The translations under genes and the position numbers were made by a program. The notes under the pieces are model-generated. The model did no database searches. It saw only the letters and a list, made by a program, of their open reading frames with translations, and was not told the DNA's origin. Below are positions 1 to 9,715 of a stretch of DNA of 39,484 nt, piece by piece (position 1 is the first letter of the stretch; each line of letters opens with the position of its first letter). Location of the stretch: the sequence record DRR723986_22298, one strand, 5' to 3'.

Positions 1-158
1 ATGATGCCAGTCACCTTAGATTCTTTGCTTGGTTGGCTGGAAGACCGATGACCGGAGACCGAAGCGGCCTCAAAGCAAGGGTATACCATCTTTTAAGTCG
101 CTTTTATCTATTTACTGGTAACAAAGCGGATATACATATAGATTATTATAAAAAATAA
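1..158 (+). CDS. 3' end of a gene truncated by the window edge, product unknown (possibly surface-polysaccharide related given its position before rfbB)
   Basis: The frame starting at nt 3 is open to TAA at 156-158 (DASHLRFFAWLAG...HIDYYKK*), one base before the rfbB ATG at 160, typical operon packing. Confidence 0.6.
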   Translation, partial: DASHLRFFAWLAGRPMTGDRSGLKARVYHLLSRFYLFTGNKADIHIDYYKK

Positions 159-159
159 G

Positions 160-1212
160 ATGAGCAAATCAATATTAATTACCGGTGGGGCCGGATTCAT
201 AGGTAGTCATGTGATCCAACTTTTTGTGCAAAAGTACCCACAGTATCAAATTGTAAATCTTGATGCTTTGACCTATGCAGGAAATTTGGAGAATTTGAAA
301 GCGGTGGAAGGCGCTTCAAATTATACTTTTGAAAAAGCTGATATTCAAGATGTAGAGGCGCTGACTGCCATTTTTAAGAAGCATTCCATTACTGATGTCA
401 TTCATTTGGCAGCAGAATCGCATGTGGATCGTTCGATTACTGACCCATTGGCATTTGTGAAGACCAATGTTTTTGGGACAGTAAATCTCCTTAATGCTGC
501 TAAGGAATTCTGGAGCGAGAATTTATCTGAACACTTGTTTTATCATGTGTCTACAGATGAAGTTTATGGTTCACTACACGATGGTGGATTCTTTTTAGAA
601 ACTACCTCGTATGATCCTCAGTCTCCTTATTCTGCTTCTAAAGCAGCATCAGACCATTTTGTTAGGGCTTATGCTAACACCTACAACATGAAAACGGTGG
701 TTTCTAACTGTTCTAACAATTATGGACCGAACCATTTTCCTGAAAAACTAATTCCTCTTTGCATACATAATATCAAAAACAATCGGCCTTTGCCCGTTTA
801 TGGAAAAGGTGAGAATATCCGTGACTGGTTATTTGTAAAAGACCATGCCAGAGCTATTGACACAGTTTTTCATCAAGGCAAGCCTGGAGAAACTTACAAC
901 ATCGGTGGGTTCAATGAGTGGAAGAACATAGATATTGTGAAGTTGCTTTGCCAAAAAATGGATCAAAAGCTTGGTCGAGAAGCCGGAACTTCTGAAAAAC
1001 TGATCACCTATGTAAAAGACCGTGCTGGCCATGATATGCGCTATGCGATCGATGCTACTAAGATCAAAGAAGAACTCGGGTGGGAGCCAAGTTTACAATT
1101 TGAAGAAGGCATAGAAATCACCATTGATTGGTACTTGAACAATCAGGAGTGGCTGGACCACGTGACTTCAGGAGCGTATCAGGAGTATTACGATAAACAT
1201 TATGAAAGTTGA
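160..1212 (+). CDS. rfbB: dTDP-glucose 4,6-dehydratase
   Basis: GGAGFIG Rossmann motif, DALTYAGN, HLAAESHVDRS, STDEVYG, YSASK (YxxxK), NNYGP, DRAGHD. Confidence 0.96.
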   Translation: MSKSILITGGAGFIGSHVIQLFVQKYPQYQIVNLDALTYAGNLENLKAVEGASNYTFEKADIQDVEALTAIFKKHSITDVIHLAAESHVDRSITDPLAFVKTNVFGTVNLLNAAKEFWSENLSEHLFYHVSTDEVYGSLHDGGFFLETTSYDPQSPYSASKAASDHFVRAYANTYNMKTVVSNCSNNYGPNHFPEKLIPLCIHNIKNNRPLPVYGKGENIRDWLFVKDHARAIDTVFHQGKPGETYNIGGFNEWKNIDIVKLLCQKMDQKLGREAGTSEKLITYVKDRAGHDMRYAIDATKIKEELGWEPSLQFEEGIEITIDWYLNNQEWLDHVTSGAYQEYYDKHYES

Positions 1213-1239
1213 ATAGTTTTTAAGACTTGATATACAATA

Positions 1240-1276
1240 CAAGGGTACCAGAGTGATTCTGGTGCCCTTGTTTTTT
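1240..1276 (+). terminator. Rho-independent terminator after rfbB
   Basis: Stem CAAGGGTACCAGA, loop GTGAT, TCTGGTGCCCTTG, followed by TTTTTT. Confidence 0.8.
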
Positions 1277-1333
1277 ACGGGTGGTTTTGGAACGCTTTTG
1301 GATTTAGTTTTCTTTGTCAAAAAACTAATCACT

Positions 1334-3175
1334 ATGCATATTAAATTGGCTAAGCCTATTTACGGGCTTTTTCTTTTAATGGTACTAAGCGGCGGAGTCT
1401 TTTCTCAGACAGGAAGATTCCAACAAGCTGCTGATTACCAAATGGACGTCAATATGGACGTTAAAACTAACCAATACACAGGAACACAAGTGTTGGTTTA
1501 CACAAACAATTCACCTGACACGCTTCATCGTGTTTTTTATCATCTGTATTACAATGCCTTTCAGCCTGGTAGCATGATGGATGAAAGATCCAGAAGTATC
1601 GCTGATCCTGACCGAAGGGTGGGAGATCGCATCAGCAAATTAAAGCCAGATGAGATAGGTTATTTAAGAGTAAATAGCCTGACCATGAATGGTAAACCTG
1701 TGAAATATAATGAAGTAGGGACCATTCTTGAAGTGGACCTTACAGAGTCGATTTTGCCAAATTCGGAAGCTACATTTGAAATGTCTTTCAACGGCCAAGT
1801 ACCGCTACAGATCAGAAGATCTGGGAGAGATAGTGGAGAAGGAGTGAGGTATTCTATGTCCCAGTGGTATCCTAAAATGTCTGAGTATGACGAGCAAGGA
1901 TGGCATGCGAATCCTTACATCGGTCGTGAATTTTATGGTATTTGGGGAGATTTTGATGTGAAAATCACCATTGATAAAACGTATGTACTTGGAGGAACGG
2001 GCTACTTGCAAAACCCAAACGAAATTGGTCATGGTTATGAAGATGCAGGAGTGAATGTACCTGAGCCAAAAGGAGAGAACCTGACTTGGCATTTCAAAGC
2101 CCCACAGGTACACGATTTTATGTGGGCCGCTGATCCTAAGTATCGACACGATAAATTTTTGATGGATAATGGTATAACTGTACATCACCTGTATATCCCT
2201 GAAGACGGAGCTACCGAGAACTGGGTGAAACTTATGGATTATACCCCGAAGGCAATAGAATTTATGTCTGAACATTTTGGTCAATATCCATACAAGCAGT
2301 TTTCAGTGATTCAAGGTGGTGACGGTGGTATGGAATATCCTATGTCCACATTAGTTACTGGTGGCCGTAATTTGAATAGTTTGGTAGGTGTGATGATTCA
2401 TGAACTGGGACATAGCTGGTATCAGGGCGTGATAGCAACAAATGAGGCACTTTATCCTTGGATGGACGAAGGTTTTACTAGTTATGCATCTTCACTTACT
2501 TCTTCCGCTATTTTCCGTCCTAGTGAAAATCCGCTCAGAGGGTCTTATGCTGGATACTATAGACTGGTGAGTTCAGGTAAAGAAGAGCCGATGAGCACAC
2601 ATTCGGATCACTATCATACAAATGCAGCTTACAGTTCCGCAGCCTACTCCAAAGGAGCCGTATTCATGGCTCAAATGGGATATATTATAGGTGAAGAAGC
2701 TAGAGACAAAGGTATTCATAGCTATTTCGACAAGTGGAGTTTCAAGCACCCTAATGTGAATGATTTTGTACGCATTATGGAGAAAGAGAGCGGCTTGGAA
2801 CTGGATTGGTACAAAGAATACTTTGTATATACCACCAAGACAATCGATTATGGTATAAAATCGGTGAAATCCCAAGGTGAAGGAACTGAAATTACCCTAG
2901 AGCGAATAGGTTTGATGCCAATGCCGATTGATTTGGTGATTACGTATAAAGATGGTACTTCTGAGATGGTTTATTTGCCTCTGGAAATCATGAGAGGTGA
3001 AAAAGCTCCTGAAGCTGGTGCCCCTACTAGGGTGATTTCTCAAGATTGGCCATGGACAAATCTCACAAAGACTATTACTATCAATAAAAAGTTAGAATCT
3101 ATTAAATCGATCGAGATTGATCCTTCAAAAAGATTAGCTGATATAGCTCAGGAAAATAATAAAGTGGAGTATTAA
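1334..3175 (+). CDS. M1 family zinc metallo-aminopeptidase with signal peptide
   Basis: GGMEY exopeptidase motif, HELGH-x18-E (WMDEG), YSKGA. Start placed at ATG 1334 (MHIKLAK...) because the track start at 1253 lies inside the rfbB terminator. Confidence 0.9.
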   Translation: MHIKLAKPIYGLFLLMVLSGGVFSQTGRFQQAADYQMDVNMDVKTNQYTGTQVLVYTNNSPDTLHRVFYHLYYNAFQPGSMMDERSRSIADPDRRVGDRISKLKPDEIGYLRVNSLTMNGKPVKYNEVGTILEVDLTESILPNSEATFEMSFNGQVPLQIRRSGRDSGEGVRYSMSQWYPKMSEYDEQGWHANPYIGREFYGIWGDFDVKITIDKTYVLGGTGYLQNPNEIGHGYEDAGVNVPEPKGENLTWHFKAPQVHDFMWAADPKYRHDKFLMDNGITVHHLYIPEDGATENWVKLMDYTPKAIEFMSEHFGQYPYKQFSVIQGGDGGMEYPMSTLVTGGRNLNSLVGVMIHELGHSWYQGVIATNEALYPWMDEGFTSYASSLTSSAIFRPSENPLRGSYAGYYRLVSSGKEEPMSTHSDHYHTNAAYSSAAYSKGAVFMAQMGYIIGEEARDKGIHSYFDKWSFKHPNVNDFVRIMEKESGLELDWYKEYFVYTTKTIDYGIKSVKSQGEGTEITLERIGLMPMPIDLVITYKDGTSEMVYLPLEIMRGEKAPEAGAPTRVISQDWPWTNLTKTITINKKLESIKSIEIDPSKRLADIAQENNKVEY

Positions 3176-3203
3176 ACTTCACTTATTAACTCTCATTATG
3201 CAT

Positions 3204-3235
3204 AAAAAAAGGTGACTATTTAGTCACCTTTTTTT
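3204..3235. terminator. Bidirectional Rho-independent terminator
   Basis: A7-GGTGACTA-TT-TAGTCACC-T7 inverted repeat between convergent genes. Confidence 0.88.
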
Positions 3236-3245
3236 ATTGTTGGAA

Positions 3246-3422
3246 TCAACCTGCGTTCTTCATGTCTTGAACTTCTTTTCTGATGTCTTGAGCCATGTTC
3301 TTCAAGTCTTGCATTCCTTTTCTTACACGGGTACCAGCTGCCTGATTTCCCTTTTCGTAGAACTTTTCAAAATCGTCTTTAAGAGAATTAACCAGTTCGC
3401 TTACTTCACTAAATTTGCTCAT
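3246..3422 (-). CDS. Hc1-type histone H1-like small protein (58 aa), absent from the ORF track
   Basis: Manual translation MSKFSEVSELVNSLKDDFEKFYEKGNQAAGTRVRKGMQDLKNMAQDIRKEVQDMKNAG*; KGNxAAGTRxRK is the Hc1 family signature. The gene ends just before the bidirectional terminator. Confidence 0.88.
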   Translation of the reverse strand: MSKFSEVSELVNSLKDDFEKFYEKGNQAAGTRVRKGMQDLKNMAQDIRKEVQDMKNAG

Positions 3423-3523
3423 AGTAAAAGTGTTTTTTTAAAGTTGATGAAAGTTTATTTATAATTCAATATAGCCCAAATACTTGCTAATTCAATCCTG
3501 AGGGCGTTTTTTTTGAATTATTT

Positions 3524-4774
3524 TTATTCGCCAACTGATATTGCAAACTCAGAATTTTTGTAAATCCCGCTTGTTAATTTCTCTTTTATAGCTGCAAATG
3601 CGGTGATCGTTTCTTTTACATCTTCTAAGGTATGAACAGCAGTAGGAATCAACCTCAAGATAATCATTCCTTTAGGTATCACTGGGTAAATCACTACAGA
3701 GCAGAAGATACCGAAGTTTTCTCTAAGGTCTTTTGTCAAGGCAGCAGCTTCACCGACAGTACCGTTCAGTACTACTGGGGTAACAGGAGAATTTGATTTG
3801 CCAGTGCTAAATCCATTCTCATGAAGCCCATCTCTAAGTGCATTTACAATTGTCCAAAGATTATCTTTAAGCTCAGGCTGAGTTTTCAGTAATTCAAGAC
3901 GCTTCAAGGCACCTTTTACCAAAAGCATTGGAAGCGACTTAGCGAAAATCTGAGAACGCATGTTGTATCTCAAAAACAAAATTACTTCAGGGTCGCCAGC
4001 GATAAAGGCGCCTATGCTAGCCATTGATTTTGCAAAAGTGGAGAAGTAAAGGTCAACCTGGTCTTGTACACCTTGCTCTTCATCTGTACCTGCTCCGGTT
4101 TTACCCATGGTACCAAAGCCGTGGGCATCATCAATCAGAAGTCTGAATTCAAATTTTTTCTTAAGCTCAACGATTTCTTTTAGCTTTCCTTGATCACCAG
4201 TCATTCCAAATACACCTTCGGTGATGACAAGGATTCCTCCGCCTGTTTCATTGGCAAGTTTAGTAGCTCTTTCCAGCTGCTTTTCGCAGTTTTCAATATC
4301 ATTATGAGGAAAAACATAGCGCTTACCCAGGTGCATTCTAAGTGCATCAATGATGCATGCATGACATTCTGAATCGTAAACTACCACATCTTTTCTGTCA
4401 AGAAGCGAGTCGATCACCGACATGATACCTTGGTATCCGTAGTTCAATAGGTAGGCTTTATCTTTCTTGACAAATGCTGCCAATTCATCCTCTAATTGCT
4501 CGTGAAGGGTAGTTTGTCCTGACATCATACGTGCGCCCATAGGATAAGCGGCACCGTATTCAGCGGCCGCATCAGCATCAGCTTTACGTACTTCAGGATG
4601 ATTTGCTAGGCCTAGGTAATTATTCAAACTCCAGGTTAGAACATCCTTCCCCTGAAATTTCATTCTAGGAGCAATTTCCCCTTCAAGTTTTGGGAAGGAG
4701 AAATAGCCGTCTGCAAACTCTGAGTGTTTGCCCAAGGGGCCCATGTTCATTTTTAATTTTGCAAATAGATCCAA
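3524..4774 (-). CDS. PLP-dependent alpha-oxoamine synthase, probable cysteate:fatty-acyl transferase of sulfonolipid (capnine) synthesis, SulA/CapB type
   Basis: NNYLGL, HACIID, EGVFGMTG, DDAHG, TFAKS (PLP Lys249) and a second Lys279 in RSQIFAKS. TTG start. The AOS family call is secure; the substrate call rests on my recall of the subfamily. Confidence 0.75.
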   Translation of the reverse strand: MDLFAKLKMNMGPLGKHSEFADGYFSFPKLEGEIAPRMKFQGKDVLTWSLNNYLGLANHPEVRKADADAAAEYGAAYPMGARMMSGQTTLHEQLEDELAAFVKKDKAYLLNYGYQGIMSVIDSLLDRKDVVVYDSECHACIIDALRMHLGKRYVFPHNDIENCEKQLERATKLANETGGGILVITEGVFGMTGDQGKLKEIVELKKKFEFRLLIDDAHGFGTMGKTGAGTDEEQGVQDQVDLYFSTFAKSMASIGAFIAGDPEVILFLRYNMRSQIFAKSLPMLLVKGALKRLELLKTQPELKDNLWTIVNALRDGLHENGFSTGKSNSPVTPVVLNGTVGEAAALTKDLRENFGIFCSVVIYPVIPKGMIILRLIPTAVHTLEDVKETITAFAAIKEKLTSGIYKNSEFAISVGE

Positions 4775-4828
4775 AGTGTTTCGAATTTAAGTGATAAGGG
4801 ATTTAATGATCTGTTCATTAAAATCCGA

Positions 4829-4860
4829 CAAAAATAAAACTTTAAAGCCTCCCAAGCAAA
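4829..4860 (-). promoter_or_regulatory. Bacteroidota primary-sigma promoter (-33/-7) for the oxoamine synthase gene
   Basis: Minus strand TTTG (4860-4857), 20-nt spacer, TATTTTTG (4836-4829), matching TTTG-N19-21-TAnnTTTG. Confidence 0.55.
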
Positions 4861-4952
4861 AAACAACAGTGAAACAAATGATTCTTAACAAAGCTCAGAT
4901 AAATTTCTTTATTTAGCCAAAACCCAAATTCTAGCTTATAATATCAGAGATA

Positions 4953-6449
4953 ATGGCCAAAATCAAAAAAATTCTAGTTGCAAACAGAGGCGAAATAAGT
5001 CTTCGAATCATGCGGACTGCCCGAGAAATGGGCATTTCTACAGTAGCAGTTTATAGTGAGGCAGATAGACTATCCCCGCATGTTATTTTTGCCGATGAAG
5101 CAGTATGCTTAGGCCCCCCAGCCTCGTCACAATCCTATTTGCTCGGTGATAAAATAATTGCCGTTTGTCAGGAGTTAGGAGTTGATGCGATTCATCCGGG
5201 TTATGGGTTTCTTTCAGAAAATGCGGATTTCGCCAAGAAAGTAAAGGCTGCGGGGTTAATATTCATCGGCCCCTCCCCAGAGTCAATTGAAGTGATGGGA
5301 TCAAAGCTTGCTGCCAAGCAGGCAGTTTCTAAATACAATATTCCTTTGGTACCGGGGACAGAAGAAGCAATATCTAATATTCCTTTTGCCAAGGCCCGCG
5401 CAGCTGAAATAGGTTACCCTATTTTGATTAAAGCTAGTGCTGGGGGCGGTGGAAAAGGAATGCGTATTGTAGAAAATGAAGGGGAATTTGAAGAGCAAAT
5501 GCAGCGGGCTGTGAGTGAGGCGCAATCTTCTTTTGGTGATAGTGCTGTTTTCATAGAGAAATACATCTCGTCACCGCGGCATATAGAAATCCAAATACTG
5601 GGAGATCAACAAGGGACTATTGTTTACTTGTTTGAGCGAGAATGCTCTATTCAAAGAAGACATCAAAAAGTAATAGAAGAGGCTCCTTCGGCAGTTGTTT
5701 CCCCAGAGATGAGAAAAGCGATGGGTGAGGCAGCCGTAGGCGTGGCAAAAGCCTGTGACTACTATGGGGCTGGCACTGTTGAGTTTATTGTCGATGAGAA
5801 TTTGAATTTCTATTTTCTGGAAATGAATACTCGTTTACAAGTGGAGCATCCAGTGACAGAAATGATCTCAGGAAAAGACCTTGTTCGGGAGCAAATTTTA
5901 ATTGCGGAAGGAAATCCTCTTTCTTTTGCGCAAGAAGATCTTAAAATTAATGGGCATGCTTTGGAAGTAAGAGTCTATGCCGAAGACCCTAGTAATAATT
6001 TCCTGCCAGACATCGGAACACTTGAGACCTACCAAAGACCACAAGGTGCAGGAATCCGTGTGGATGATGGATTTGAAGAAGGAATGAAGATTCCTATTTA
6101 TTATGATCCTATGATTGCGAAATTGATTACGCATGCTGAAAACAGAACTGCTGCTATTGAAAAAATGGTACGAGCAATTGAGGATTATAAGATTGTAGGT
6201 ATTCAGACTACGCTTGAATTTTGCAAGTTTGCTATTACTCATGAAGCTTTTGTAAGTGGAAATTTTGATACGAAGTTTGTAGAGAACTTTTTTAAGCCAT
6301 CTGTTCTGGAGCAGCAATTTTCTGATTCAGAATTGGAATTGTTATCTGCTTTAGCCGTTGAATTTTATACTCAGAATAGTTCCCAAACCACTTTACAAAA
6401 TGGCTCTGAGCCAAAGGCTAAAAGTGCTTGGAGAAATAGATTACACTAA
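4953..6449 (+). CDS. accC: Biotin carboxylase subunit of an acetyl/propionyl-CoA carboxylase, no fused biotin carrier
   Basis: ANRGEI, HPGYGFLSEN, GGGGKGMR, ERECSIQRRHQK, EMNTRLQVEHPVTE, YYDPMIAKLI. No MKM biotinylation motif. Confidence 0.92.
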   Translation: MAKIKKILVANRGEISLRIMRTAREMGISTVAVYSEADRLSPHVIFADEAVCLGPPASSQSYLLGDKIIAVCQELGVDAIHPGYGFLSENADFAKKVKAAGLIFIGPSPESIEVMGSKLAAKQAVSKYNIPLVPGTEEAISNIPFAKARAAEIGYPILIKASAGGGGKGMRIVENEGEFEEQMQRAVSEAQSSFGDSAVFIEKYISSPRHIEIQILGDQQGTIVYLFERECSIQRRHQKVIEEAPSAVVSPEMRKAMGEAAVGVAKACDYYGAGTVEFIVDENLNFYFLEMNTRLQVEHPVTEMISGKDLVREQILIAEGNPLSFAQEDLKINGHALEVRVYAEDPSNNFLPDIGTLETYQRPQGAGIRVDDGFEEGMKIPIYYDPMIAKLITHAENRTAAIEKMVRAIEDYKIVGIQTTLEFCKFAITHEAFVSGNFDTKFVENFFKPSVLEQQFSDSELELLSALAVEFYTQNSSQTTLQNGSEPKAKSAWRNRLH

Positions 6450-6450
6450 A

Positions 6451-7746
6451 ATGGCGGAAATATTACCACTCAAAGCTTGGCGATATGAAGAGGCTTTGGC
6501 TCCAAAAATGGAAGAATTAACGGCTCCTCTTTTTGATGTTGTCTCGGCGCGCCAGCGTCAATTGCTCTACAATAATCCGTTGAATAGTATTCACCTTTCT
6601 GTGCCACAGGGAGATATTCCTCCTCAAACTGCTTTGAAAACCCTTCTAAAATGGAAATCAGAGGGAGTAATTCAGCAGGATCAGCAGCCGGGGATTTATG
6701 TCTATTATCAATATTTCCGTCTTCCGGGCGAACATGACGAGCGATGTAGAAAAGGTTTTATAGCTCAGATTAAAGCTTATGAATGGGAGGAGGAAGTCAT
6801 TCTAAGACATGAGAATACTATTGTCTCTGCGGTGAATGATAGGATAGATTTGCTAAAAACGACTCAAATTCAAGCAAGTCCTACTCATGGCCTGTATGAA
6901 GATAAAGACGAGCAGTTAGAGCACTATATGGACGAAGCTATTGCAGATCCCATTTACGAGTTGGAAGATTACCAGGGGGTAAGAGAAGTCATGGCAATTA
7001 TCAAAAAACCTGAAATCATTAAGCATTTTCTAAAAGTGTTAAAAAACAAACAAGTGATTTTGGCAGATGGCCATCATAGATTAGAAGGCGCTATTGAATA
7101 TCGGAAATCAATGAAAGGGAAATTGCCTAATGAGAAATGGAAAGGCTATGATTATCACCTGATGTACCTCACAAATACCAGCGGAAATCACCTGAAAATA
7201 CTTCCAACCCATCGTCTATATTATGGATTGGAATTAGCCCAAGCAGATTTTCTAGCAAAGATCCAAGATTGGTTTCATGTCAAAAAATTTGCCGATCCTG
7301 AAGAATTAGGTGCATATGCTTTTCATAAACCTCATACCTTTGGGTTGGTAATGGGAGAGGAGAGCTACACTTTACAGCTGAAAGCAGGTAAAATAGATCA
7401 AATCAATTTACATCTACCTGAAAGTATCAGGCAGTTGGATCTTTCTGTTCTCCATGAAGTTGTATTTGCGAGGATGTTGAACATTCCGGTAGCTGAACAA
7501 AGAAATTCTGATCAGATTGTCTATGAGAGAAATTTCTCAAAGTGCATTCATCAGGTTCGATCCGGTGAAGCAAGCTTTGCTGTGATTACTCGGGAATTGG
7601 AATTGGAACAGGTCTTAGAGGTGTGCAGAAGCGGTCAAGTGATGCCTCAAAAATCTACCTATTTCTATCCAAAAGCATTAGGCGGCTTACTTTTCGCCAG
7701 TATTAAACAAGATGAATTTAATTTCGAATATGAATCCTTTCTTTAG
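6451..7746 (+). CDS. DUF1015 family protein with ParB/Srx-like DGHHR motif
   Basis: APLFDVVS, LRHENT, ILADGHHR, ILPTHR, MPQKSTYFYPK. Start placed at ATG 6451, just after the accC stop. Confidence 0.85.
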   Translation: MAEILPLKAWRYEEALAPKMEELTAPLFDVVSARQRQLLYNNPLNSIHLSVPQGDIPPQTALKTLLKWKSEGVIQQDQQPGIYVYYQYFRLPGEHDERCRKGFIAQIKAYEWEEEVILRHENTIVSAVNDRIDLLKTTQIQASPTHGLYEDKDEQLEHYMDEAIADPIYELEDYQGVREVMAIIKKPEIIKHFLKVLKNKQVILADGHHRLEGAIEYRKSMKGKLPNEKWKGYDYHLMYLTNTSGNHLKILPTHRLYYGLELAQADFLAKIQDWFHVKKFADPEELGAYAFHKPHTFGLVMGEESYTLQLKAGKIDQINLHLPESIRQLDLSVLHEVVFARMLNIPVAEQRNSDQIVYERNFSKCIHQVRSGEASFAVITRELELEQVLEVCRSGQVMPQKSTYFYPKALGGLLFASIKQDEFNFEYESFL

Positions 7747-8317
7747 TAATCTAAGCGGAAAGAAACTAATCCTCGCCTCAAACTCTCCGAGGCGCCAAGA
7801 ACTCTTAAAGGGCCTGGAAGTTGAATTTGAAGTCCGGGTGAATAACGTTGACGAAACTATCCCTAAGGACCTTCAAGCCGAATACGTTGCTGCCTATCTT
7901 TCGAAATTGAAGTCTGAGTCTTTTGATGGACAATTAGCTGAAAATGAAATTCTCATTACTTCAGATACTGTGGTTATAGAAAATGGACATGTGCTTGGCA
8001 AACCCAACACTGAGGAAGAAGCTTTTGATATGCTTAAAAGTATTTCGGGGTCTACACACACCGTGATGACTGCAGTCACTATAAGAGATATTTCCAGACA
8101 AATAACCCTAGAAGATGAAACTATAGTGACATTTAGATTTCTTGAAGAGGAAGAGATATGGCATTATATCCACCACTACAAACCCATGGATAAAGCAGGG
8201 GCTTATGGTATTCAGGAATGGATAGGATATATCGGTGTGGAGAAAATTGAAGGTTCGTACTATAATGTCATGGGCTTTCCTTTGCATTTGGTATATGCCC
8301 AATTGAAAAAATGGTAA
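7730..8317 (+). CDS. maf: Maf family nucleoside-triphosphate pyrophosphatase (YhdE-like)
   Basis: LILASNSPRR, SDTVV, LGKP, DKAGAYGIQ, YYNVMGFP. Start at 7730 or 7712. Confidence 0.92.
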   Translation: MNPFFSNLSGKKLILASNSPRRQELLKGLEVEFEVRVNNVDETIPKDLQAEYVAAYLSKLKSESFDGQLAENEILITSDTVVIENGHVLGKPNTEEEAFDMLKSISGSTHTVMTAVTIRDISRQITLEDETIVTFRFLEEEEIWHYIHHYKPMDKAGAYGIQEWIGYIGVEKIEGSYYNVMGFPLHLVYAQLKKW

Positions 8318-8335
8318 CTGGATTATCGTAACATT

Positions 8336-8373
8336 GAAAAGCCCTGCGAATTTTTAATTCACAGGGCTTTTTC
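8336..8373. terminator. Bidirectional terminator between maf and the efflux adaptor gene
   Basis: GAAAAGCCCTGCGAAT...ATTCACAGGGCTTTTTC inverted repeat between convergent genes. Confidence 0.8.
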
Positions 8374-8398
8374 TTTGAAGTTTAATTACGGAAGCAAA

Positions 8399-9712
8399 TT
8401 AATCTTGCTTTATCGCAGTTGATTTTCCTTCTATAGGGGCTACTTTATCACCTTCTTTCAGGTCTTTGCTTACAATAAAATAAGGGCCAGAGATAATTTG
8501 ATCACCTTCGGCAAGGCCTTCCAAAACTTCTATATTCTGGAAGTCAGAGATGCCAGTTTTGATTTCTTTCAACTTAGCAACTCCACCTTCATTCACAAAT
8601 ACCAACTCTTTCAATCGGGTAGTTCCAGCTCCTATAGTATCAAGTTTATTTTCTCTTGTAGTCACTGCAGCCAGAGGAACTGAAAGTGCATTGCTCTTTG
8701 AATTGGTAATTATCTCAACTGAAGCAGTCATTCCTGGTCTGAAAGGATATTTCTTGCCTTCATCTACTAACTCTTGGTAGGAATCGTTAAGAATTCTAAT
8801 TTTCACCTTGAATTCGGTCACTGCATCTGCAGAGGCTTTAGTATTCGCTGTGTTTGCTATACTCGTAACAACTCCTTTGAAAGTTTTTCCAGTGTATGCA
8901 TAGGAATCAACATCAATGATAGTAGTGTCACCCAGACTCAATCTCACGATATCATTTTCGTTCACATCTACTCTAACTTCCATTTTAGATAGGTCAGCGA
9001 TAGTCAACATTTCCGTACCAGCCATTTGCTGTGTACCTACCACACGTTCACCTTGCTCTACCAAAAGATTGGAAACGATACCACTTACAGGGGAATATAC
9101 ATTTGTCAATCTTAAGTTTTCTTCAGCTTCATTCACAGATGCCTGAGAACTTTTAACAACGAATTCTGAAGCTAGTACACTTTGTTTCGCAGCTTCAAGG
9201 TCTTTCTGAGCTGAGATGAAGGTTGCTTGTGCCTGCTCGTAGTCTGCCTGAGAAATAGCTTTTTGCTCATATAGCGTCTTTTGCCTGTTGAAATTTTGCT
9301 CAGCTTGAGTGAATTGGGCTTCTGATCTCTGTAGGGCAGCCTTTGATTGAGAAAGGTTAGCTTCTTGCTGGTTGAAATTGGCTCTGGTTCTAGCTAATGC
9401 TGAAATAAAGTTATCAGGTCTGATTTTCACCAAAAGCTTTCCAACTGCTACAGAATCTCCCTCTTTCACGTTCAATTCTATAATTTCCCCAGCAACATCA
9501 GGGCTAAGGTTGACTTCCACTTCAGGTTGGATCTCTCCAGAGGCAGATACCTTTTCTATGATGGCCGCTTTTTTAACAGTAGCTACTTCCACCTGGGTTT
9601 CATTTTCTCCACCTACCCATCCGGCATTTCTTGCGATTACTGCGAATATGATTAGTACTACTATAGCTCCTAATAGGTAGTACAATAGCTTATTTGATTT
9701 CTTATTGGCCAT
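8399..9712 (-). CDS. Efflux periplasmic adaptor (membrane fusion protein, MacA/HlyD-like)
   Basis: N-terminal membrane anchor, lipoyl half-motifs (VAGEIIELNVKEGDSV; SPVSGIV), coiled-coil hairpin, FRPGMTASVEI. Confidence 0.9.
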   Translation of the reverse strand: MANKKSNKLLYYLLGAIVVLIIFAVIARNAGWVGGENETQVEVATVKKAAIIEKVSASGEIQPEVEVNLSPDVAGEIIELNVKEGDSVAVGKLLVKIRPDNFISALARTRANFNQQEANLSQSKAALQRSEAQFTQAEQNFNRQKTLYEQKAISQADYEQAQATFISAQKDLEAAKQSVLASEFVVKSSQASVNEAEENLRLTNVYSPVSGIVSNLLVEQGERVVGTQQMAGTEMLTIADLSKMEVRVDVNENDIVRLSLGDTTIIDVDSYAYTGKTFKGVVTSIANTANTKASADAVTEFKVKIRILNDSYQELVDEGKKYPFRPGMTASVEIITNSKSNALSVPLAAVTTRENKLDTIGAGTTRLKELVFVNEGGVAKLKEIKTGISDFQNIEVLEGLAEGDQIISGPYFIVSKDLKEGDKVAPIEGKSTAIKQD

Positions 9713-9715
9713 GGT

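Noticed and set aside
1253..1333. N-terminal extension of the M1 peptidase from GTG 1253
   Set aside because: It starts inside the rfbB terminator hairpin; ATG 1334 gives a normal signal peptide.
3237..3464. 75-aa + strand ORF
   Set aside because: Antisense shadow of the Hc1-like gene, starts just past a terminator, no recognisable motif.
6358..6450. Upstream extension of DUF1015 overlapping accC
   Set aside because: ATG 6451 follows the accC stop directly and gives a family-like N-terminus (MAEILP).
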